Assembly: GCA_965223905.1 (NCBI GenBank)
Contig: CBDCXV010000011.1
Location: 1,280,001-1,344,000 of the forward strand
Reading direction: 5' to 3'
Length of the DNA: 64,000 bases
From: Candidatus Latescibacterota bacterium
GTDB taxonomy: Bacteria > Latescibacterota > UBA2968 > UBA8231
Shown: in pieces, positions 49,947 through 58,018 of the stretch
How positions within the stretch are numbered: the stretch's first letter is position 1
How the letters are laid out: each line of letters begins with the position of its first letter
Position numbers and translations under genes: made by a program
The notes under the pieces: model-generated
Databases searched by the model: none
Told to the model about the DNA's origin: nothing
Seen by the model: only the letters and a program-made list of their open reading frames with translations

Positions 49947-50939
49947 ATGAAATATTTCGCGCTTTCTTTGATTTTCGCTTTCGCCCTCGCCGCATGCACA
50001 GGCCCTGAGGGCCCAACGGGACCTCAAGGGCCCCAAGGAGAAAAGGGTGAACCAGGATCTCAAGGACCTCAAGGCGAAGGCGAACAAGGGCCCCAAGGGC
50101 CAGAGGGACCCCAAGGGCCTCAAGGGGAACAAGGACCTGAGGGACCCCAGGGGGAAGGGGAACAAGGACCTGAGGGACCTCAAGGACCTCAAGGCGAACG
50201 AGGGTCGACGTACAGAATACTGTACTGGGCGGACTCCGATGCGGGCAAGATTCAGCGCGCCAACCTCGACGGTTCCGAAGTTCAAACCATCGTCTCCGGA
50301 TTGGAGGATCCGGAGGGAATTGCCCTCGACGCGGGCAGTGGGAAGATATACTGGACGGAATGGGAGAGCATTAAGCGGGCCAACCTCGACGGATCCCAAA
50401 TCGAAAGCCTCGGCACCGTATGGGGAAGTGACATCGCCCTGGACGTGACCGAAGGCAAATCTTACCTGGCGAACTGGAAAGGGATAATCTACCGCACCGG
50501 CCTCGGCGGTTCCCCGGTCGAAACCGTCGTCCCCGAAGCGGGTGCGTCAGAGGCCATCGCCCTGGATCTGAGCAGAGGCAAGATGTACTGGGGGGGCTGG
50601 CGCGGGGAGGAGATCAGGTGGGCCGACCTCGACGGATCCCAACTCGAAATCATCGTCACCGGGGTGGATCGTGCACGCGACCTGGCCGTCGACGAGGGGG
50701 GGGGCAGGATATACTGGGCCTCGGATGCCGGAGTTCAACGGGCCAACCTCGACGGTTCCCAGGTCGAAACCCTCTTCTCCGAACACAGTATGGGCATTGC
50801 CCTCGACCTGGGCGGGGGCAAGATATACTGGACCGAATGGATCGAGGAGAGGATTCGCCGGGCCAACCTCGACGGGTCACAGGTCCAAACCATCGTCACC
50901 GGGTTGGAGTGGCCGCGCGATATCGCCTTGGGTCCCTGA
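49947..50939 (+). CDS. Lipoprotein: short collagen + YWTD propeller
   Basis: AAGGAG RBS; lipobox LAAC; G-X-Y repeats; [17 protein letters not shown] repeats. Confidence 0.9.
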   Translation: MKYFALSLIFAFALAACTGPEGPTGPQGPQGEKGEPGSQGPQGEGEQGPQGPEGPQGPQGEQGPEGPQGEGEQGPEGPQGPQGERGSTYRILYWADSDAGKIQRANLDGSEVQTIVSGLEDPEGIALDAGSGKIYWTEWESIKRANLDGSQIESLGTVWGSDIALDVTEGKSYLANWKGIIYRTGLGGSPVETVVPEAGASEAIALDLSRGKMYWGGWRGEEIRWADLDGSQLEIIVTGVDRARDLAVDEGGGRIYWASDAGVQRANLDGSQVETLFSEHSMGIALDLGGGKIYWTEWIEERIRRANLDGSQVQTIVTGLEWPRDIALGP

Positions 50940-51034
50940 AATCTGAAATGAGCGGGAACAGTCCGGAAAGGTTGCGGTTGGACCCCGGGCTGTTTCCAAA
51001 GCTTTTCGACGGCATTCCGGAACCATAGATATTC

Positions 51035-52630
51035 ATGAGCAAACAACTCTTACCCTGCGTCATTTATTTTGTAACGCCTTGGATTTTTAGTCCAGGGTTC
51101 ACCGCGGCACAGATAGATGTCGATGTCGTTGCTGAAAGCATCGTCCGTGTCAGGGCGTACGAGAATAACCAGGTTGCGGTCGAGGGAGCCGGGTTTGTCG
51201 TCAATGAAACGGGACATGTCCTGACGAATGCCCATCTCGTTGAGGAAGCGGAGCGAGTAACGGTATTGTCCCTGAAAACGGGCGCCGAGTCGGTTCCCGA
51301 GCCGGTGTTCGTCGACCGCGAAATCAACCTTGCCCTTTTGCAAGCCGATGGTTTGGACCTGCCTCCCCTCAGACTGTCGGAAAAGGCAGCAGATACAGGC
51401 CGAACCGTCCGGACGCTGCGCTTCGATGTAATGGGGGGTGTCCGGCTTTCTCAGGGAACGATAGGCGCTTACGAAACCATTTTTGACAAAAAGGCGGGCC
51501 TCGCCGTGGGGCGCCTGCTGCAACACAATGCCCTGATAACGGAAAAAGCCTTCGGTATGCCCTTGTTCAACGAATGCGGAGACGTGGTGGCAATCAACAT
51601 GCCGAACCCTCGCAGCGGACCGTGGCCGTTTCGGACAGCGAAACCGAAAGGAGCGGTTTTTGCCTTGAGCAGCAAAGACATGGTAGCTGCTCTCGACGAC
51701 CGCAAAATCGCGCATCAGGCGGTAAATACTGAATGCCTGAGTGCTCTCGAGCGGGCGGAACGGGACAAGCTGGCGACTGCGGATAGCCTGAAGCTGGCAA
51801 GGGCGCAGGCCGACTCGGCTAGAAGGGCCGCAAAAGAGGCAAAGGAGAAAGAAGAGGCGGCCCGGCGGGAGGCGGAAAAGGTGAAAGCGCGAGCGGACGC
51901 TGCGAGAAAGGCGGCGGCCGAGAGCATTCAGGCAGCCAAAGCCCAGGCGGAAAGTCTGAAGATCGCGACAGCACGTGCCGACACCGCGGTAAAAGCTGCG
52001 GCCGCTAGCCTGCTGGCGGTTCAGGCCCAAGCCGAAAGCCTGGAGACAGCGAAAGCGTCGTCCGATTCGGCGACTGATGCGGCCGCCGGCAGCAGTAAGG
52101 AAGCTGCGCAGGAGATCCCGTTGAGCTTGAAGTGGGGAATTCCAGTCGGGGGGGCGCTGGTGTTGCTCACCCTTCTCGGTTGGCTGCTTGCCTCCAACCG
52201 CAGGAAGGAACAATTACGCAGTGCCGAGTCCCGTTTGAAGGCAGCGGAAAAAAACGCTGATGAAGCACACCAGGCTGCGGCCGCCGCACCGAAACCCGCC
52301 CCTTTCAGATGCCTGTTGGAAGGCCGGGACAGCTCCGGCCGGCCATTCGCATTGACCATATCGGCATTGGCATTGAGTGATCCGGCCGGCGTAACGCTGG
52401 GAAGAAGTCCGGAAAATGCCGATTTCGTCATCGACCACGATGAGGTCTCCCGCGAACACGTTCGCCTGAGGTACACAGGCGCCACCCTCTACGCGGAGGA
52501 CTTGGACGCCCTGAACGGGACCAAGGTCAACGGCCGCCTGCTGAACCCGCATGAAACCGCGGTTCTGAGAAACGGGGATCGACTCGAGACAGGCCCGATT
52601 GTTTTCTCGGTGCGCCTGGTCCAGGAGTGA
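51035..52630 (+). CDS. Trypsin-like domain (catalytically degenerate) + coiled coil + TM + FHA
   Basis: GAGFVV..LTNAHLV is present; NLALL and ITEKAFGMPL replace the canonical DLALL and NPGNSGGPL; TM IPVGGALVLLTLLGWLL; FHA motifs LGRS..VSREH..LNGTKVN. Confidence 0.85.
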   Translation: MSKQLLPCVIYFVTPWIFSPGFTAAQIDVDVVAESIVRVRAYENNQVAVEGAGFVVNETGHVLTNAHLVEEAERVTVLSLKTGAESVPEPVFVDREINLALLQADGLDLPPLRLSEKAADTGRTVRTLRFDVMGGVRLSQGTIGAYETIFDKKAGLAVGRLLQHNALITEKAFGMPLFNECGDVVAINMPNPRSGPWPFRTAKPKGAVFALSSKDMVAALDDRKIAHQAVNTECLSALERAERDKLATADSLKLARAQADSARRAAKEAKEKEEAARREAEKVKARADAARKAAAESIQAAKAQAESLKIATARADTAVKAAAASLLAVQAQAESLETAKASSDSATDAAAGSSKEAAQEIPLSLKWGIPVGGALVLLTLLGWLLASNRRKEQLRSAESRLKAAEKNADEAHQAAAAAPKPAPFRCLLEGRDSSGRPFALTISALALSDPAGVTLGRSPENADFVIDHDEVSREHVRLRYTGATLYAEDLDALNGTKVNGRLLNPHETAVLRNGDRLETGPIVFSVRLVQE

Positions 52631-52637
52631 GCTGAAA

Positions 52638-53588
52638 ATGAAAAGACGCAGACCGGAACTCACGATTTTCAACATGTCCGCGCTCGATCTGCTCGCATCC
52701 GCCCTCGGAGCTTTCATCCTGATTACCGTAGTGCTTATCCCCCTTTTTCCGAATCTGGAAATCCTGGGCCAGGTGAGGGGGGAGTTGGCTCAGGCAAAAA
52801 CCGATTTGAAGCAGACGAAGGCAGACCTTGACCTCGCCAAGGCCGAACTGGACCGGAAAGAATCCAGATCCCGGTTGGACCAGGAAAAATCAGAGCGTGA
52901 AAGAACCGAATTGGAGCGAAAAAACGTCGAGCTGAAACAGGAAAAGACCAGGCTCGAGCAGAAAAAGGCATTGGCCCAACAAACAAAAACCGAACTTGTA
53001 GAACAGGTCCAGGCGTTGCAACAAAAGATAGACGACACGAGCGTTCTGCTCGGCATAAGAACAATTGCCAAAAGGTTCGTATTCGTCATAGATATGTCGG
53101 GGAGCATCTACCATCCTGGAGAGCACGACTACCGCCAGTTCATAACCCTGTCCATACAGGACATGCTCGCTGCCTTCAAATCCGAAATAGAGGTCTGCCT
53201 GATCGGTTTTCAGGCTCCTGAACGGGGAACCGCGTTGCATTTCTGGCCCGAAAACAAGGAATACTTCCAGGTCAGGAAGGATGCAGAAAATCAGCTGATA
53301 GAAAAGATAAACGACTGGATGGGAATGGTTGATGGCGTCACCCCCACCCGCGCCGCCTTGCTGGCGGCCATTGCCCTGCACCCCGAGGAAATCATCCTTC
53401 TGAGCGATGGTGCACCCTCGGAGGATTGGCGCACGGTCGTGCGAGCCGTAACCGCCGAAAACAGGCAGAGAATACCCATACACGCAGTAGCCGTGGGGAA
53501 TTATACAGCCGACCGGAAATTCATCGATTTTCTCGTGCATTTGACAAAGCAGAATAACGGGTACGTGGTGGGAGCAAAACCGGGCTGA
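52638..53588 (+). CDS. N-terminal TM (ExbD/MotB-like Asp) + coiled coil + vWA domain
   Basis: FNMSALDLLASALGAFILI; MIDAS residues in FVIDMSGS, GVTPT and LLSDGAP; IPIHAVAVG. Confidence 0.82.
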   Translation: MKRRRPELTIFNMSALDLLASALGAFILITVVLIPLFPNLEILGQVRGELAQAKTDLKQTKADLDLAKAELDRKESRSRLDQEKSERERTELERKNVELKQEKTRLEQKKALAQQTKTELVEQVQALQQKIDDTSVLLGIRTIAKRFVFVIDMSGSIYHPGEHDYRQFITLSIQDMLAAFKSEIEVCLIGFQAPERGTALHFWPENKEYFQVRKDAENQLIEKINDWMGMVDGVTPTRAALLAAIALHPEEIILLSDGAPSEDWRTVVRAVTAENRQRIPIHAVAVGNYTADRKFIDFLVHLTKQNNGYVVGAKPG

Positions 53589-53614
53589 AATGAACAGCCC
53601 AGAGGAGGATAGGC

Positions 53615-54415
53615 ATGGCGAAATCGAACATGGTCAAAGCGAAAATGATCAACTTGGAGCAACGCCTGATCGCCAGCGCCGTCAGTCTGACAGGGGGCAT
53701 CTTATACATAGCGGCTCTGAGCTTTGTTTTCGATCGTCCCGATTCCATTGCAGGCGATTTCCTGTTGGACCGGAACTCCAAAAACTTCTCCTACCCGTTC
53801 ACCATCCAGAACCTCATGTGGCTTTTGTTCTGGTTCGGTTGCGGTGAGCTCTGTGTGCGATTCAACCAGGCCAAATTGGAAATGCAGCAGATTTCCAAAG
53901 GTTACCTGCCGGAAGGGGATGAGGTTATGCTTCAGGCCCACGAATTGGGGCCCTTGCACCAGAAATCCATGCCCGTAGCCAGGGAGCGGACCTTTTATCT
54001 ACCGCGTCTGATCGTGCGTTGCATTCTGCAATTCCAGGGAAGCCGCTCCGTCAACCAGGCCAACTCTCTACTGAATTCCTCCCTTGAATTGTTTCAGCAC
54101 GAGCTCGATCTCAAATATTCGATGCTGCGCTATCTCGTCTGGCTCATACCGACGCTGGGTTTTGTAGGGACTGTCCTTGGCATCGCCCTGTCGTTGGACT
54201 ATGCCGCCAAAATCGTAGACCCGCATGACCCGACCTTGCTGCGCCAGATCACGGGTCGGCTTGGCGTCGCCTTCTACACCACCCTGCTTGCCCTGGTCCA
54301 GTCCATTCTTCTGGTGTTTGCGCTCCACATTGCTCAAACCCGGGAGGAGATGGCCCTTAACCAATCCGGGCAATACTGCCTCGACAACCTTATCAACCGG
54401 CTCTACGAAAAGTAA
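53615..54415 (+). CDS. MotA/TolQ/ExbB proton-channel family protein
   Basis: TM motifs LIPTLGFVGTVLGI and LGVAFYTTLLAL. Confidence 0.88.
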   Translation: MAKSNMVKAKMINLEQRLIASAVSLTGGILYIAALSFVFDRPDSIAGDFLLDRNSKNFSYPFTIQNLMWLLFWFGCGELCVRFNQAKLEMQQISKGYLPEGDEVMLQAHELGPLHQKSMPVARERTFYLPRLIVRCILQFQGSRSVNQANSLLNSSLELFQHELDLKYSMLRYLVWLIPTLGFVGTVLGIALSLDYAAKIVDPHDPTLLRQITGRLGVAFYTTLLALVQSILLVFALHIAQTREEMALNQSGQYCLDNLINRLYEK

Positions 54416-54467
54416 GTCTCCGTCGAGACCTCTGCGCCTTTGGAAACCCCCAGGAAGGGAGGGAACC

Positions 54468-55124
54468 ATGCCCGTTTTTCGCCGCCCCGATGGCAATATC
54501 ACCGAGAAAAAGACCGAGAAATCCGAACAGGATTCCCCCTCGCCCGACCAGGCCAAAAGGCCGCTGCCACCGGCATCTCAGGAAGGCGATCAAGCAGCTG
54601 GCCCCGGGCGTTTCGATGCAGCCACCAAACGGATGGAGACTGACCATCCTCCGCTCGAATCCGGAGAGGAGGAGAAAACGCGGCTGGTGGGTGGTGGACG
54701 GGCGCGGCGGCCAGGCAAAGGGGTACGCCAGGAAAGCGCCGAAGAGGGCCGCGGTATGGATGATCCGGTTGTGGGATGGTTGGTGATCGTCGATGGGCCG
54801 GGAAAAGGCAGGGCCGTGCAACTGGGGTATGGATCCAATTCCCTCGGGCGCGGCGCAACCGACCGCGTCAAACTCGATTTCGGCGACGACCAGATTTCGC
54901 GAAACGGCCATGCGGTGGTCACGTACGATCCCCGCGGACGGAAGTTTTTCGTGCAGCACGGCGGCGGCACCAACCTGACGTATCTCGGCGACCAGCCCGT
55001 TCTCGCACCGACCGAGTTGCCGGCCCAGGGCCAGATCGGCATCGGAAAAACGGTTCTCCGGTTCGTGCCCTTCTGCGGCGTCGCGTTCGACTGGCAGGAC
55101 TCGGAAGGAAACCAAGACCCTTGA
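54468..55124 (+). CDS. FHA domain protein with disordered N-terminus
   Basis: GGAGGG RBS; PVVGWLVIVDGPGKG, LGRG..DDQISRNGHA, TNLTYL; N-terminal Thr-containing motifs (DAATKR, EKTRLV). Confidence 0.85.
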   Translation: MPVFRRPDGNITEKKTEKSEQDSPSPDQAKRPLPPASQEGDQAAGPGRFDAATKRMETDHPPLESGEEEKTRLVGGGRARRPGKGVRQESAEEGRGMDDPVVGWLVIVDGPGKGRAVQLGYGSNSLGRGATDRVKLDFGDDQISRNGHAVVTYDPRGRKFFVQHGGGTNLTYLGDQPVLAPTELPAQGQIGIGKTVLRFVPFCGVAFDWQDSEGNQDP

Positions 55125-56065
55125 CCGAAGGCGGTCGCTGTGCCGCGAAGCAAATCCGCGGCAAACGGAGCTACCAGGAAGATGATTACGGCTTCGTGGA
55201 TGCACGGGCCCTTGGAAAAGACCGTAACGAACACTCCCTGTTACTGGTGGCCGACGGCATGGGCGGGCATGTCGGCGGTGCTGCTGCCAGCGGCCTTCTG
55301 AGAAGGATCTTCGTCGAGGCCTACCCGCGGGCTTCCGGGTCGATCATCGATCGCCTCCAAGGCTGTCTCCAATCGGCAAATACAGCCATCGCCGACGCCA
55401 TTGCCCAAAACCCCGAACTGGACGGCATGGGTTCCACTTTGGTCGCGGCTGTTGTCTCGAGCGAAGGCCTGAACTGGATCAGCGTGGGGGATTCCCCGTT
55501 GTGGTTGTTCCGCAAAGGCGCATTGGAACGGTTGAACGCAGACCACTCCATGGCACCGGTTCTCGCGGACCTGGTAGCTACCGGGAGGATGACCGAAGAG
55601 GAAGCCGCCCGGGATCCAAGCCGGCATTCGCTGCGGGCAGCGGTCATGGGGGATAACCTGCATCTGGTGGACGTATCGCGGCAGCCCGTTCCCGTGGAGA
55701 AAGGCGACCGGCTGTTATTGGCGAGCGACGGTTTGATGACCCTCGGCGATCGGGAGATCGCCGGTATCCTCGAGAAAACGCAGGACGCGTCATTGGAGGA
55801 CAGCGCCGCGGCCCTTATTCAGGCCGTTAAAGCCGCCGGAAATCCCCGTCAGGACAATACCACCCTCTTGTTGTACTCCCCTGCCGAGGGCCCGGAAACA
55901 GCTGCTGATGTTGCTGAAGTTGAAGCCCCAGGTATGCCCCGATTGAAACGTTGGGCCAGACTGTTGGGACGAGCCGCAGGCTGGAAACGAAAAAGGTTCC
56001 AGCCGGAAGAAGGAGACGAGAGTGTAGGGCCGTCGCCGCTACCATCCACCCCCGGTTCCGACTGA
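55121..56065 (+). CDS. PP2C (PPM) Ser/Thr phosphatase
   Basis: Motifs RSYQEDD, VADGMGGH, MGSTL, SVGDS, LASDGL and QDNTT. The TTG start overlapping the FHA stop is inferred. Confidence 0.92.
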   Translation: MTEGGRCAAKQIRGKRSYQEDDYGFVDARALGKDRNEHSLLLVADGMGGHVGGAAASGLLRRIFVEAYPRASGSIIDRLQGCLQSANTAIADAIAQNPELDGMGSTLVAAVVSSEGLNWISVGDSPLWLFRKGALERLNADHSMAPVLADLVATGRMTEEEAARDPSRHSLRAAVMGDNLHLVDVSRQPVPVEKGDRLLLASDGLMTLGDREIAGILEKTQDASLEDSAAALIQAVKAAGNPRQDNTTLLLYSPAEGPETAADVAEVEAPGMPRLKRWARLLGRAAGWKRKRFQPEEGDESVGPSPLPSTPGSD

Positions 56066-57954
56066 TGGGAGAGGAACAACAGCATCGCCTGGCGTTGCCG
56101 AAAGGGACTCGCATACGCGACTTCGAGTTTCACCGGGTTCTCGGCCACGGCGGGTTCGGGATCACCTACCTGGGATGGAATGTCACTCTGGACATCCCCG
56201 TGGCGATCAAGGAGTACTTCCCCGCGGACCTGGCTACCCGCGAACGGAACCTGTCGGTCGTTCCGCAGACGGACCAGGCCGCCCCCGATTTCCAATGGGG
56301 CCTGGAGCGCTTCCTGGACGAAGCCCGCATCCTCGCCCGCTTTCACCATCCCGGCATAGTCCGCATTCACCACTTCTTCGAAGCCCACCGCACAGCCTAT
56401 ATCGTAATGGACTACGTGGAGGGGGAAAGTCTGTCCGCGTATCTGACGCGCAAGGGAACGCTGAGCGAAAACGAGCTCCATGGCATTCTGGATTCGTTGC
56501 TGAGCGCGTTGGAAGTGGTGCATCGAGCAGACTTTCTGCATCGAGACATCAAGCCCGGCAACATCGTCCTCCGGGCAAAGGATGGCTCCCCGGTGTTGCT
56601 GGACTTTGGCGCCGCGCGTCAGGCAATGGGCGCGAAAAGCCGCTCGGTCACGTCGATAGTAACGCCGGGATATGCGCCGATCGAACAGTATTCGACCCGG
56701 GCGGCTCAAGGAGCCTGGACGGACATTTACGCGCTGGGGGGAGTGTGTTACCGGGCGCTGACCGGAGAAAGCCCTTTCGACGCAACGGACCGGATGCGGA
56801 ACGACCCGCTGATTCCGGTGGCTGAGCACTGCGCGGGCAAAGCAAGTCCAAAGTTTCTTGCGGCGATAGACACTGCCCTGGCGGTAGATGCCCCGGATCG
56901 TCCGCAGAGCATTGCGGCGTGGCGAGAGTCCCTGAGCGATGCGGGGAAAGCGCGCAGGCCCCGGAAGAAGCTTCCATACAAGCTCGTTGCAGCAGTCCTG
57001 GGTCTGGCGGCTCTCCTGATCGGGGGCGAGAGGTATATGGAGCATGCCGAACAGGTGGCATTGGAGGAGAAACGCCGGGAGCAAGCGGCCCTGGAGAAAC
57101 AGGCTCAGGAGCAAGCCGCCCTGGAGAAACAGCGCCAGGACCAGGCCGCGTTGGAGAAGCAGGAGCAGGAAAAAGCCGCCCTGGAGAAACAGCGGCGCAA
57201 ACAAGCCGAATTAAAGAAACAACCGCAGGAACAAGCGGCGCTTGAGAAACAGGCTCGGGAACAAGCCGCCCTGGAGAAACAGCGCCAGGACCGGGCGGCT
57301 TTGGAAAAGCAGCAGCGGGAAAAAGCGGCCCTGGAGAAGCAGCGGCGGGAAGAAAAGGCTGCATCGGAGAAACAGCGCCGGGACCAGGCCGCGTTGGAAA
57401 AACAGCGGCAGAAGGAAGCGTTCGTCGCAGAGGTGGGGCGCCCTCCACATCCGGGCGGAATGAACGACGGCGATAGCGACCTGCATGTTGCCGCGAGACT
57501 GAACCTGCCACTGTTGACCGTATCTCTGCTCGAGCAGGGAGCCGATGTCCTCGCCAGGAACAAGGACGGCTGGACACCGCTCCACGTTGCCGCGAAGGAA
57601 GACGCTTCTGCAACCGCCGAAGTCCTGCTCGAGCAGGGAGCCGATGTCAACGCCAGGGAAACATTGTTTGGCTGGACGCCGCTGCACCTGGCCGCGGCCA
57701 AGGAAGATGCTTCCGCAACCGCCGAGGTCCTGCTCCAACAGAAAGCCGATGTCAACGTCAAGGACAAATTCGGCTGGACACCGCTGCATTCCGCCGCTTC
57801 AAACAATGCTTACAAGACCGCGGAGGTTCTGTTGAACAGCGGGGCTGATGTCAACGCCAGGGACAATCACGGTTGGGGGCCGCTTTACTGGGCGTCGCGG
57901 AAAAAGGCATTCCAGGCGGCGGAAGTCCTGCGCCGTTACGGCGGTCGAGAATGA
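56065..57954 (+). CDS. Hanks-type Ser/Thr kinase + TM + 10-aa repeat stalk + ankyrin repeats
   Basis: Motifs LGHGGFGITY, VAIKEYF, HRDIKPGN, LLDFG and TPGYAPIEQ; TM; about 11 copies of EQAALEKQxx; GWTPLH..GADVNA repeats. TGATG coupling with PP2C. Confidence 0.93.
   Translation: MGEEQQHRLALPKGTRIRDFEFHRVLGHGGFGITYLGWNVTLDIPVAIKEYFPADLATRERNLSVVPQTDQAAPDFQWGLERFLDEARILARFHHPGIVRIHHFFEAHRTAYIVMDYVEGESLSAYLTRKGTLSENELHGILDSLLSALEVVHRADFLHRDIKPGNIVLRAKDGSPVLLDFGAARQAMGAKSRSVTSIVTPGYAPIEQYSTRAAQGAWTDIYALGGVCYRALTGESPFDATDRMRNDPLIPVAEHCAGKASPKFLAAIDTALAVDAPDRPQSIAAWRESLSDAGKARRPRKKLPYKLVAAVLGLAALLIGGERYMEHAEQVALEEKRREQAALEKQAQEQAALEKQRQDQAALEKQEQEKAALEKQRRKQAELKKQPQEQAALEKQAREQAALEKQRQDRAALEKQQREKAALEKQRREEKAASEKQRRDQAALEKQRQKEAFVAEVGRPPHPGGMNDGDSDLHVAARLNLPLLTVSLLEQGADVLARNKDGWTPLHVAAKEDASATAEVLLEQGADVNARETLFGWTPLHLAAAKEDASATAEVLLQQKADVNVKDKFGWTPLHSAASNNAYKTAEVLLNSGADVNARDNHGWGPLYWASRKKAFQAAEVLRRYGGRE
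57050..57420 (+). repeat. 30-bp tandem repeats encoding (E/D)QAALEKQxx helix
   Basis: Repeated GCCCTGGAGAAACAG cores at about 30-bp spacing. Confidence 0.85.
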
Positions 57955-58018
57955 AAATTACCCGGAACCCATTCTTCACAACCTCCCCGGATTCATCCGG
58001 CCCACAGGAGGATTCCCC

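Noticed and set aside
52638-54415. Zorya ZorAB or TonB-ExbBD
   Set aside because: No OmpA-like peptidoglycan-binding domain, long ZorA tail, ZorC/D/E or TonB is present; only the channel motifs are shared.
54468-57954. Type VI secretion regulatory genes (fha, pppA, ppkA)
   Set aside because: No T6SS structural genes (tssB/C, hcp, vgrG, tssM) are in the window, and the partners are ExbB/vWA instead.
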